NCBI GenBank assembly: GCA_964016885.1
Contig: OZ024740.1
Location: forward strand, 14,756,001-14,820,000
Origin: Eledone cirrhosa
Taxonomy: Eukaryota
Reading direction: 5' to 3'
DNA length: 64,000 bases
Part shown: positions 52,421 to 64,000 of the stretch, one piece after another
Position numbering within the stretch: position 1 is the stretch's first letter
How the letters are laid out: each line of letters starts with the position of its first letter
The notes under the pieces: model-generated
Seen by the model: the letters and a program-made list of their open reading frames with translations, nothing else
The model's database searches: none
Told to the model about the DNA's origin: nothing
Position numbers and translations under genes: made by a program

Positions 52421-55400
52421 GCCAGAATATGGAAAGTCCTCGAATGAAAGGAACCAAAGCCAGAATATGGAAAGTCCTCGAATGAAAGGAATCAAAGCCA
52501 GAATATGGAAAGTCCTCGAATGAAAGGAATCAAAGCCAGAATATGGAAAGTCCTCAAATGAAAGGAATCAAAGCCAGAATATGAAAAGTCCTCAAATGAA
52601 AGGAATCAAAGCCAGAATATGGAAAGTCCTCGAATGAAAGGAATCAAAGCCAGTATATGGAAAGTCCTCAAATGAAAGGAATCAAAGCCAGAATATGGTA
52701 AGTCCTCAAATGAAAGGAATCAAAGCCAGAATATGGAAAGTCCTGGAATGAAAGGAATCAAAGCCAGAATATGGAAAGTCCTCAAATGAAAGGAATCAAA
52801 GCCATAATATGGAAAGTCCTCAAATGAAAGGAATCAAAGCCAGAATATGGAAAGTCCTCAAATGAAAGGAATCAAAGCCAGAATATGGAAAGTCCTCGAA
52901 TAAAAGGAATCAAAGCCAGAATATGGAAAGTCCTCAATTCAAAGGAATCAAAGCCAGAATATGGAAAGTCCTCAAATGAAAGGAATCAAAGCCAGAATAT
53001 GGAAAGTCCTCGAATGAAAGGAATCAAAGCCAGAATATGGAAAGTCCTCGAATGAAAGGAATCAAAGCCAGAATATGGAAAGTCCTCAAATGAAAGGAAT
53101 CAAAGCCAGAATATGGAAAGTCCTCAAATGAAAGGAATCAAAGCCAGAATATGGAAAGTCCTCAAATGAAAGGAATCAAAGCCAGAATATGGAAAGTCCT
53201 CGAATAAAAGGAATCAAAGCCAGAATATGGAAAGTCCTCAATTGAAAGGAATCAAAGCCAGAATATGGAAAGTCCTCAAATGAAAGGAATCAAAGCCAGA
53301 ATATGGAAAGTCCTCGAATGAAAGGAATCAAAGCCAGAATATGGAAAGTCCTCAAATGAAAGGAATCAAAGCCAGAATATGGAAAGTCCTCAAATGAAAG
53401 GAATCAAAGCCAGAATATGGAAAGTCCTCGAATGAAAGGAATCAAAGCCAGAATATGGAAAGTCCTCAAATGAAAGGAATCAAAGCCAGAATATGGAAAG
53501 TCCTCGAATGAAAGGAATCAAAGCCAGAATATGGAAAGTCCTCAAATGAGAGGAATCAAAGCCAGAATATGGAAAGTCCTCAAATGAAAGGTATCAAAGC
53601 CAGAATATGGAAAGTCCTCAAATGAAAGGAATCAAAGCCAGAATATGGAAAGTCCTCGAATGAAAGGAATCAAAGCCAGAATATGGAAAATCCTCGAATG
53701 AAAGAAATCAAAGCCAGAATATGGAAAGTACTCAAATGAAAGGAATCAAAGCCAGAATATGGAAAGTCCTCAAATGAAAGGAATCAAAGCCAGAATATGG
53801 AAAGTCCTCAAATGAAAGGAATCAAAGCCAGAATATGGAAAGTCCTCAAATGAAAGGAATCAAAGCCAGAATATGGAAAGTCCTCGAATGAAAGGAATCA
53901 AAGCCAGAATATGGAAAGTCCTCGAATGAAAGGAATCAAAGCCAGAATATGGAAAGTCCTCGAATGAAAGGAATCAAAGCCAGAATATGGAAAATCCTCG
54001 AATGAAAGGAATCAAAGCCAGAATATGGAAAGTCCTCGAATGAAAGGAATCAAAGCCAGAATATGGAAAGTCCTCAAATGAAAGGAATCAAAGCCAGAAT
54101 ATGGAAAGTCCTCGAATGAAAGGAATCAAAGCCAGAATATGGAAAGTCCTCGAATGAAAGGAATCAAAGCCAGAATATGGAAAGTCCTCAAATGAAAGGA
54201 ATCAAAGCCAGAATATGGAAAGTCCTTGAATGAAAGGAATCAAAGCCAGAATATGGAAAGTCCTCGAATGAGAGGAATCAAAGCCAGAATGTGGAAAGTC
54301 CTCGAATGAGAGGAATCAAAGCCAGAATATGGAAAGTCCTCGAATGAAAGGAATCAAACCCAGAATATGGAAAGTCCTCGAATGAAAGGAATCAAAGCCA
54401 GAATATGGAAAGTCCTGAAATGAATGGAATCAAAGCAAGAATATGGAAAGTCCTCGAATGAAAGGAATCAAAGCCAGAATATGGAAAGTCCTCGAATGAA
54501 AGGAATCAAAGCCAGAATATGGAAAGTCCTCAAATGAAAGGAATCAAAGCCAGAATATGGAAAGTCCTCAAATGAAAGGAATCGAAGCCAGAATATGGAA
54601 AGTCCTCGAATAAAAGGAATCAAAGCCAGAATATGGAAAGTCCTCAATTGAAAGGAATCAAAGCCAGAATATGGAAAGTCCTCAAATGAAAGGAATCAAA
54701 GCCAGAATATGGAAAGTCCTCAAATGAAAGGAATCAAAGCCAGAATAAGGAAAGTCCTCGAATGAAGGGAACCAAAGCCAGAATATGGAAAGTCCTCGAA
54801 TGAAAGGAATCAAAGCCAGAATATGGAAAGTCCTCGAATGAAAGGAATCAAAGCCAGAATATGGAAAGTCCTCGAATGAAAGGAATCAAAGCCAGAATAT
54901 GGAAAGTCCTCAAATGAAAGGAATCAAAGCCAGAATATGGAAAGTCCTCGAAGGAAAGGAATCAAAGCCAGAATATAGAAAGTCCTGGAATGAAAGGAAT
55001 CAAAGCCAGAATATGGAAAGTCCTCAAATGAAAGGAATCAAAGCCAGAATATGGAAAGTCCTGAAATGAATGGAATCAAAGCCAGAATGTGGAAAGTCCT
55101 CAAATGAAAGGAATCAAAGCCAGAATATGGAAAGTCCTCGAAGGAAAGGAATCAAAGCCAGAATATGTAAAGTGCTGGAATGAAAGGAATCAAAGCCAGA
55201 ATATGGAAAGTCCTCAAATGAAAGGAATCAAAGCCAGAATATGGAAAGTCCTGGAATGAAAGGAATCAAAGCCAGAATATGGAAAGTCCTCGAATGAAAG
55301 GAATCAAAGCCAGAATATGGAAAGTCCTCAAATGAAAGGAATCAAAGCCAGAATATGGAAAGTCCTCAAATGAAAGGAATCAAAGCCAGAACATGGAAAG

Positions 55401-57599
55401 TCCTCGAATGAAAGGAATCAAAGCCAGAATATGGAAAGTCCTCGAATGAGAGGAATCTAAGCCAGAATATGGAAAGTCCTCGAATGAAAGGAATCAAAGC
55501 CAGAATATGGAAAGTCCTCGAATGAAAGGAATCAAAGCCAGAATATGGAAAGTCCTCGAATGAAAGGAATCAAAGCCAGAATATGGAAAGTCCTCGAATG
55601 AAAGGAATCAAAGCCAGAATATGGAAAGTCCTCGAATGAAAGGAATCAAAGCCAGAATATGGAAAGTCCTCAAATGAAAGGAATCAAAGCCAGAATATGG
55701 AAAGTCCTCGAATGAAAGGAATCAAAGCCAGAATATGGAAAGTCCTCGAATGAAAGGAATCAAAGCCAGAATATGGAAAGTCCTCGAATGAAAGGAATCA
55801 AAGCCAGAATATGGAAAGTCCTCGAATGAAAGGAATCAAAGCCAGAATATGGAAAGTCCTCAAATGAAAGGAATCAAAGCCAGAATATGGAAAGTCCTCG
55901 AATGAAAGGAATCAAAGCCAGAATATGGAAAGTCCTCGAATGAAAAGAATCAAAGCCAGAATATGGAAAGTCCTCAAATGAAAGGAATCAAAGCCAGAAT
56001 ATGGAAAGTCCTCAAATGAAAGGAATCAAAGCCAGAATATGGAAAGTCCTCGAATAAAAGGAATCAAAGCCAGAATATGGAAAGTCCTCAATTGAAAGGA
56101 ATCAAAGCCAGAATATGGAAAGTCCTCAAATGAAAGGAATCAAAGCCAGAATATGGAAAGTCCTCAAATGAAAGGAATCAAAGCCAGAATATGGAAAGTC
56201 CTCGAATGAAAGGAATCAAAGCCGAATATGGAAAGTCCTCGAATGAAAGGAATCAAAGCCAGAATATGGAAAGTCCTCAAATGAAAGGAATCAAAGCCAG
56301 AATATGGAAAGTCCTCGAAGGAAAGGAATCAAAGCCAGAATATGGAAAGTCCTGGAATGAAAGGAATCAAAGCCAGAATATGGAAAGTCCTCAAATGAAA
56401 GGAATCCAAGCCAGAATATGGAAAGTCCTCAAATGAAAGGAATCAAAGCCAGAATATGGAAAGTCCTCAAATGAAAGGAATCAAAGCCAGAATATGGAAA
56501 GTCCTTGAATGAAAGGAACCAAAGCCAGAATATGGAAAGTCCTCGAATGAAAGGAATCAAAGCCAGAATATGGAAAGTCCTCGAATGAAAGGAATCAAAG
56601 CCAGAATATGGAAAGTCCTCAAATGAAAGGAATCAAAGCCAGAATATGGAAAGTCCTCAAATGAAAGGAATCAAAGCCAGAATATGGAAAGTCCTCGAAG
56701 GAAAGGAATCAAAGCCAGAATATGGAAAGTCCTGGAATGAAAGGAATCAAAGCCAGAATATGGAAAGTCCTCAAATGAAAGGAATCAAAGCCAGAATATG
56801 GAAAGACCTCAAATGAAAGGAATGAAAGCCAGAATATGGAAAGTCCTCAAATGAAAGGAATCAAAGCCAGAATATGGAAAGTCCTCAAATGAAAGGAATC
56901 AAAGCCAGAATATGGAAATTCCTCGAATGAAAGAAATCAAAGCCAGAATATGAAAAGTCCTCGAATGAGAGGAATCAAAGCCAGAATATGGAAAGTCCTC
57001 GAATGAGGGGAATCAAAGCCAGAATATGGAAAGTCCTCGAATGAAAGGAATCAAAGCCAGAATATGGAAAGTCCTCGATTGAAAGGAATCAAAGCCAGAA
57101 TATGGAAAGTCCTCGAATGAAAGTAATCAAAGCCAGAATATGGAAAGTCCTCGAATGAAAGGAATCAAAGCGAGAATATGGAAAGCCCTCGAATGAAAGG
57201 AATCAAAGCCAGAATATGGAAAGCCCTCGAATGAAAGTAATCAAAGCCAGAATATGGAAAGTCCTCAAATGAAAGGAATCAAAGCCATAATATGGAAAGT
57301 CCTCAAATGAAAGGAATCAAAGCCAGAATATGGAAAGTCCTCAAATGAAAGGAATCAAAGCCAGAATATGGAAAGTCCTCGAATAAAAGGAATCAAAGCC
57401 AGAATATGGAAAGTCCTCAATTCAAAGGAATCAAAGCCAGAATATGGAAAGTCCTCAAATGAAAGGAATCAAAGCCAGAATATGGAAAGTCCTCGAATGA
57501 AAGGAATCAAAGCCAGAATATGGAAAGTCCTCGAATGAAAGGAATCAAAGCCAGAATATGGAAAGTCCTCAAATGAAAGGAATCAAAGCCAGAATATGG

Positions 57600-60500
57600 A
57601 AAGTCCTCAAATGAAAGGAATCAAAGCCAGAATATGGAAAGTCCTCAAATGAAAGGAATCAAAGCCAGAATATGGAAAGTCCTCGAATAAAAGGAATCAA
57701 AGCCAGAATATGGAAAGTCCTCAATTGAAAGGAATCAAAGCCAGAATATGGAAAGTCCTCAAATGAAAGGAATCAAAGCCAGAATATGGAAAGTCCTCGA
57801 ATGAAAGGGATCAAAGCCAGAATATGGAAAGTCCTCAAATGAAAGGAATCAAAGCCAGAATATGGAAAGTCCTCAAATGAAAGGAATCAAAGCCAGAATA
57901 TGGAAAGTCCTCGAATGAAAAGAATCAAAGCCAGAATATGGAAAGTCCTCAAATGAAAGGAATCAAAGCCAGAATATGGAAAGTCCTCAAATGAAAGGAA
58001 TCAAAGCCAGAATATGGAAAGTCCTCGAATGAAAGGAATCGAAGCCAGAATATGGAAAGTCCTCAAATGAAAGGAATCAAAGCCAGAATATGGAAAGTCC
58101 TCTAATAAAAGGAATCAAAGCCAGAATATGGAAAGTCCTCAATTGAAAGGAATCAAAGCCAGAATATGGAAAGTCCTCAAATGAAAGGAATCAAAGCCAG
58201 AATATGGAAAGTCCTCGAATGAAAGGAATCAAAGCCAGAATATGGAAAGTCCTCAAATGAGAGGAATCAAAGCCAGAATATGGAAAGTCCTCAAATGAAA
58301 GGTATCAAAGCCAGAATATGGAAAGTCCTCAAATGAAAGGAATCAAAGCCAGAATATGGAAAGTCCTCGAATGAAAGGAATCAAAGCCAGAATATGGAAA
58401 ATCCTCGAATGAAAGAAATCAAAGCCAGAATATGGAAAGTACTCAAATGAAAGGAATCAAAGCCAGAATATGGAAAGTCCTCAAATGAAAGGAATCAAAG
58501 CCAGAATATGGAAAGTCCTCAAATGAAAGGAATCAAAGCCAGAATATGGAAAGTCCTCAAATGAAAGGAATCAAAGCCAGAATATGGAAAGTCCTCGAAT
58601 GAAAGGAATCAAAGCCAGAATATGGAAAGTCCTCGAATGAAAGGAATCAAAGCCAGAATATGGAAAGTCCTCGAATGAAAGGAATCAAAGCCAGAATATG
58701 GAAAGTCCTCGAATGAAAGGAATCAAAGCCAGAATATGGAAAGTCCTCGAATGAAAGGAATCAAAGCCAGAATATGGAAAGTCCTCGAATGAAAGGAATC
58801 AAAGCCAGAATATGGAAAGTCCTCGAATGAAAGGAATCAAAGCCAGAATATGGAAAGTCCTCGAATGAAAGGAATCAAAGCCAGAATATGGAAAGTCCTC
58901 AAATGAAAGGAATCAAGGCCAGAATATGGAAAGTCCTCGAAGGAAAGGAATCAAAGCCAGAATATGGAAAGTGCTGGAATGAAAGGAATCAAAGCCAGAA
59001 TATGGAAAGTCCTCAAATGACAGGAAGCAAAGCCAGAATATGGAAAGTCCTGGAATGAAAGGAATCAAAGCCAGAATATGGAAAGTCCTCGAATGAAAGG
59101 AATCAAAGCCAGAATATGGAAAGTCCTCAAATGAAAGGAATCAAACCCAGAATATGGAAAGTCCTCAAATGAAAGGAATCAAAGCCAGAATATGGAAAGT
59201 CCTCGAATGAAAGGAATCAAAGCCAGAATATGGAAAGTCCTCGAATGAGAGGAATCTAAGCCAGAATATGGAAAGTCCTCGAATGAGAGGAATCAAAGCC
59301 AGAATATGGAAAGTCCTCGAATGAAAGGAATCAAACCCAGAATATGGAAAGTCCTCAAATGAAAGGAATCAAAGCCAGAATATGGAAAGTCCTGAAATGA
59401 AAGGAATCAAAGCCAGAATATGTAAAGTCCTCGAATGAAAGGAATCAAAGCCAGAATATGGAAAGTCCTCGAATGAAAGAAATCAAAGCCAGGATATGGA
59501 AAGTCCTCAAATGAAAGGAATCAAAGCCAGAATATGGAAAGTCCTCAAATGAAAGGAATCAAAGCCAGAATATGGAAAGTCCTCGAATAAAAGGAATCAA
59601 AGCCAGAATATGGAAAGTCCTCAATTGAAAGGAATCAAAGCCAGAATATGGAAAGTCCTCAAATGAAAGGAATCAAAGCCAGAATATGCAAAGTCCTCAA
59701 ATGAAAGGAATCAAAGCCAGAATATGGAAAGTCCTCGAATGAAGGGAACCAAAGCCAGAATATGGAAAGTCCTCGAATGAAAGGAATCAAAGCCAGAATA
59801 TGGAAAGTCCTCGAATGAAAGGAATCAAAGCCAGAATATGGAAAGTCCTCAAATGAAAGGAATCAAAGCCAGAATATGGAAAGTCCTCGAAGGAAAGGAA
59901 TCAAAGCCAGAATATGGAAAGTCCTGGAATGAAAGGAATCAAAGCCAGAATATGGAAAGTCCTCAAATGAAAGGAATCAAAGCCAGAATATGGAAAGTCC
60001 TCAAATGAAAGGAATCAAAGCCAGAATATGGAAAGTCCTCAAATGAAAGGAATCAAAGCCAGAATATGGAAAATCCCCGAATGAAAGGAACCAAAGCCAG
60101 AATATGGAAAGTCCTCAAATGAAAGGAATCAAAGCCAGAATATGGAAAGTCCTCAAATGAAAGGAATCAAAGCCAGAATATGGAAAGTCCTCAAATGAAA
60201 GGAATCAAAGCCAGAATATGGAAAGTCCTCAAATGAAAGGAATCAAAGCCAGAATATGGAAAGTCCTCAAATGAAAGGAATCAAAGCCAGAATATGGAAA
60301 GTCCTCAAATGAAAGGAATCAAAGCCAGAATATGGAAAGTCCTCGAATAAAAGGAATCAAAGCCAGAATATGGAAAGTCCTCAATTGAAAGGAATCAAAG
60401 CCAGAATATGGAAAGTCCTCAAATGAAAGGAATCAAAGCCAGAATATGGAAAGTCCTCGAATGAAAGGAATCAAAGCCAGAATATGGAAAGTCCTCAAAT

Positions 60501-62620
60501 GAAAGGAATCAAAGCCAGAATATGGAAAGTCCTCAAATGAAAGGAATCAAAGCCAGAATATGGAAAGTCCTCGAATGAAAAGAATCAAAGCCAGAATATG
60601 GAAAGTCCTCAAATGAAAGGAATCAAAGCCAGAATATGGAAAGTCCTCAAATGAAAGGAATCAAAGCCAGAATATGGAAAGTCCTCGAATGAAAGGAATC
60701 GAAGCCAGAATATGGAAAGTCCTCAAATGAAAGGAATCAAAGCCAGAATATGGAAAGTCCTCTAATAAAAGGAATCAAAGCCAGAATATGGAAAGTCCTC
60801 AATTGAAAGGAATCAAAGCCAGAATATGGAAAGTCCTCAAATGAAAGGAATCAAAGCCAGAATATGGAAAGTCCTCGAATGAAAGGAATCAAAGCCAGAA
60901 TATGGAAAGTCCTCAAATGAAAGGAATCAAAGCCAGAATATGGAAAGTCCTCGAATGAAAGGAATCAAAGCCAGAATATGGAAAATCCTCGAATGAAAGA
61001 AATCAAAGCCAGAATATGGAAAGTACTCAAATGAAAGGAATCAAAGCCAGAATATGGAAAGTCCTCAAATGAAAGGAATCAAAGCCAGAATATGGAAAGT
61101 CCTCAAATGAAAGGAATCAAAGCCAGAATATGGAAAGTCCTCAAATGAAAGGAATCAAAGCCAGAATATGGAAAGTCCTCGAATGAAAGGAATCAAAGCC
61201 AGAATATGGAAAGTCCTCGAATGAAAGGAATCAAAGCCAGAATATGGAAAGTCCTCGAATGAAAGGAATCAAAGCCAGAATATGGAAAGTCCTCGAATGA
61301 AAGGAATCAAAGCCAGAATATGGAAAGTCCTCGAATGAAAGGAATCAAAGCCAGAATATGGAAAGTCCTCGAATGAAAGGAATCAAAGCCAGAATATGGA
61401 AAGTCCTCGAATGAAAGGAATCAAAGCCAGAATATGGAAAGTCCTCGAATGAAAGGAATCAAAGCCAGAATATGGAAAGTCCTCAAATGAAAGGAATCAA
61501 GGCCAGAATATGGAAAGTCCTCGAAGGAAAGGAATCAAAGCCAGAATATGGAAAGTGCTGGAATGAAAGGAATCAAAGCCAGAATATGGAAAGTCCTCAA
61601 ATGACAGGAAGCAAAGCCAGAATATGGAAAGTCCTGGAATGAAAGGAATCAAAGCCAGAATATGGAAAGTCCTCAAATGAAAGGAATCAAAGCCAGAATA
61701 TGGAAAGTCCTCAAATGAAAGGAATCAAAGCCAGAATATGGAAAGTCCTCGAATGAAAGGAATCAAAGCCAGAATATGGAAAGTCCTCGAATGAGAGGAA
61801 TCTAAGCCAGAATATGGAAAGTCCTCGAATGAGAGGAATCAAAGCCAGAATATGGAAAGTCCTCGAATGAAAGGAATCAAACCCAGAATATGGAAAGTCC
61901 TCAAATGAAAGGAATCAAAGCCAGAATATGGAAAGTCCTGAAATGAAAGGAATCAAAGCCAGAATATGTAAAGTCCTCGAATGAAAGGAATCAAAGCCAG
62001 AATATGGAAAGTCCTCGAATGAAAGAAATCAAAGCCAGGATATGGAAAGTCCTCAAATGAAAGGAATCAAAGCCAGAATATGGAAAGTCCTCAAATGAAA
62101 GGAATCAAAGCCAGAATATGGAAAGTCCTCGAATAAAAGGAATCAAAGCCAGAATATGGAAAGTCCTCAATTGAAAGGAATCAAAGCCAGAATATGGAAA
62201 GTCCTCAAATGAAAGGAATCAAAGCCAGAATATGCAAAGTCCTCAAATGAAAGGAATCAAAGCCAGAATATGGAAAGTCCTCGAATGAAGGGAACCAAAG
62301 CCAGAATATGGAAAGTCCTCGAATGAAAGGAATCAAAGCCAGAATATGGAAAGTCCTCGAATGAAAGGAATCAAAGCCAGAATATGGAAAGTCCTCAAAT
62401 GAAAGGAATCAAAGCCAGAATATGGAAAGTCCTCGAAGGAAAGGAATCAAAGCCAGAATATGGAAAGTCCTGGAATGAAAGGAATCAAAGCCAGAATATG
62501 GAAAGTCCTCAAATGAAAGGAATCAAAGCCAGAATATGGAAAGTCCTCAAATGAAAGGAATCAAAGCCAGAATATGGAAAATCCCCGAATGAAAGGAACC
62601 AAAGCCAGAATATGGAAAGT
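57600..62620 (+). repeat. Tandem duplication with 70- to 66-monomer offsets; a partial third copy starts near 63500
   Basis: TCTAATAAAA 58101/60761 (2660 = 70x38). AAGGCC 58915/61499 (2584 = 68x38). TCTAAG 59255/61801 (2546 = 67x38). ATCCCC 60073/62581 (2508 = 66x38). AAGGCC recurs at 63969. Confidence 0.9.
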
Positions 62621-64000
62621 CCTCGAATGAAAGGAATCAAAGCCAGAATATGGAAAGTCCTCGAATGAAAGGAATCAAAGCCAGAATATGGAAAGTCCTC
62701 CAATGAAAGGAATCAAAGCCAGAATATGGAAAGTCCTCAAATTAAAGGAATCAAAGCCAGAATATGGAAAGTCCTCGAATGAAAGGAATCCAAGCCAGAA
62801 TATGGAAAGTCCTCGAATGAAAGGAATCAAAGCCAGAATATGGAAAGTCCTCAAATGAAAGGAATCAAAGCCAGAATATGGAAAGTCCTCGAATGAAAGG
62901 AATCAAAGCCAGAATATGGAAAGTCCTCAAATGAAAGGAATCAAAGCCAGAATATGGAAAGTCCGCAAATGAAAGGAATCAAAGCCAGAATATGGAAAGT
63001 CCTCAAATGAAAGGAATCAAAGCCAGAATATGGAAAGTCCTCGAATGAAAGGAATCAAAGCCAGAATATGGAAAGTCCTCAAATAAAAGGAATCAAAGCC
63101 AGAATATGGAAAGTCCTCGAATGAAAGGAATCAAAGCCAGAATATGGAAAGTCCTCAAATGAAATGAATCAAAGCCAGAATATGGAAAGTCCTCAAATGA
63201 AAGGAATCAATGCCAGAATATGGAAAGTCCTCAAATGAGAGGAATCAAAGCCAGAATATGGAAAGTCCTCAAATGAAAGGAATCAAAGCCAGAATATGGA
63301 AAGTCCTCAAATGAGAGGAATCAAAGCCAGAATATGGAAAGTCCTCAATTGAAAGGAATCAAAGCCAGAATATGGAAAGTCCTCAAATGAAAGGAATCAA
63401 AGCCAGAATATGGAAAGTCCTCGAATGAAAGGAATCAAAGCCAGAATATGGAAAGTCCTCAAATGAAAGGAATCAAAGCCAGAATATGGAAAGTCCTCGA
63501 ATGAAAGGAATCAAAGCCAGAATATGGAAAATCCTCGAATGAAAGAAATCAAAGCCAGAATATGGAAAGTACTCAAATGAAAGGAATCAAAGCCAGAATA
63601 TGGAAAGTCCTCAAATGAAAGGAATCAAAGCCAGAATATGGAAAGTCCTCAAATGAAAGGAATCAAAGCCAGAATATGGAAAGTCCTCAAATGAAAGGAA
63701 TCAAAGCCAGAATATGGAAAGTCCTCGAATGAAAGGAATCAAAGCCAGAATATGGAAAGTCCTCGAATGAAAGGAATCAAAGCCAGAATATGGAAAGTCC
63801 TCGAATGAAAGGAATCAAAGCCAGAATATGGAAAGTCCTCGAATGAAAGGAATCAAAGCCAGAATATGGAAAGTCCTCGAATGAAAGGAATCAAAGCCAG
63901 AATATGGAAAGTCCTCGAATGAAAGGAATCAAAGCCAGAATATGGAAAGTCCTCGAATGAAAGGAATCAAGGCCAGAATATGGAAAGTCCTCGAAGGAAA

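Larger units (their letters stand above)
1..64000 (+). repeat. 38-bp tandem satellite array, ~1,684 head-to-tail monomers, consensus GTCCTC[G/A]AATGAAAGGAATCAAAGCCAGAATATGGAAA; reaches both window edges
   Basis: The monomer is visible throughout. The line register recurs every 1140 bp (30x38). The first monomer starts at 1 and the last at 63987 (63986+6 = 1684x38). No non-repeat sequence or orientation switch was seen. Confidence 0.99.

Noticed and set aside
6959-62703. All 11 listed ORFs (64-81 aa) as protein-coding genes or a small-protein family
   Set aside because: They are translations of the monomer. Because 38 is not a multiple of 3, a given frame meets the repeat's TGA every third monomer (114 bp). 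ORFs lengthen only where a variant removes the stop (GAAGGAAA, AATCAAA, GGAACC, ATCCAAG) or the 1-bp deletion shifts frame. Identical ORFs simply mark duplicated blocks.
1-64000. CRISPR array (repeat length in CRISPR range; GAAAG and ATTGAAAG motifs resemble some CRISPR repeat ends)
   Set aside because: Monomers abut directly with no unique spacers, and there is no leader and no cas gene.
1-64000. Assignment to human HSat2/HSat3 or another named satellite
   Set aside because: Only short GGAAT and CATTCGA-like motifs are shared. The strict 38-bp period does not match those families as I know them, and I cannot run a database search.
1-64000. Array of heat-shock elements or other regulatory sites
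   Set aside because: The GAA motifs are all in direct orientation. Canonical HSEs need alternating inverted nGAAn units, and no gene context is present.
1-64000. The G/A pattern as a functional or synthetic digital code
   Set aside because: The pattern is copied together with rare linked mutations in nested duplications, which ordinary satellite turnover explains. Nothing in the sequence indicates a reading mechanism.
1-64000. Telomeric repeat, G-quadruplex array, transposon insertion or inversion
   Set aside because: The consensus has no TTAGGG-like unit or G3 tracts. The monomer count accounts for every base of the window, leaving no room for a net insertion, and no reverse-complement monomers were seen.

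Overview
The whole 64 kb window is one uninterrupted head-to-tail tandem satellite array. Its monomer is 38 bp, consensus GTCCTC[G/A]AATGAAAGGAATCAAAGCCAGAATATGGAAA, about 37-39% GC, with 26 of 38 bases purine on the + strand. There are 1,684 complete monomers plus 14 bp: the last monomer starts at 63987 = 1684x38 - 6 + 1, which matches the six 1-bp deletions I located. I saw no genes, RNA genes, transposon insertions, CRISPR spacers or inversions, and all listed ORFs are translation artefacts of the repeat. The information lies in point variants. One site in the monomer is biallelic (CpG/CpA), and rare linked variants reveal nested duplications whose offsets are whole numbers of monomers (10, 13, 17, 27, 31, 32, 41, 48, 66-70, 74, 84, 107-114, 330, ~1039). 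The array is layered: an indel-free central domain (~11.6-43.8 kb) with its own variants sits between two related flanking domains. This looks like eukaryotic centromeric or pericentromeric satellite DNA, but that is inference, and I cannot identify the organism or satellite family. Block boundaries are approximate to a few monomers. Offsets were measured by eye between marker variants.
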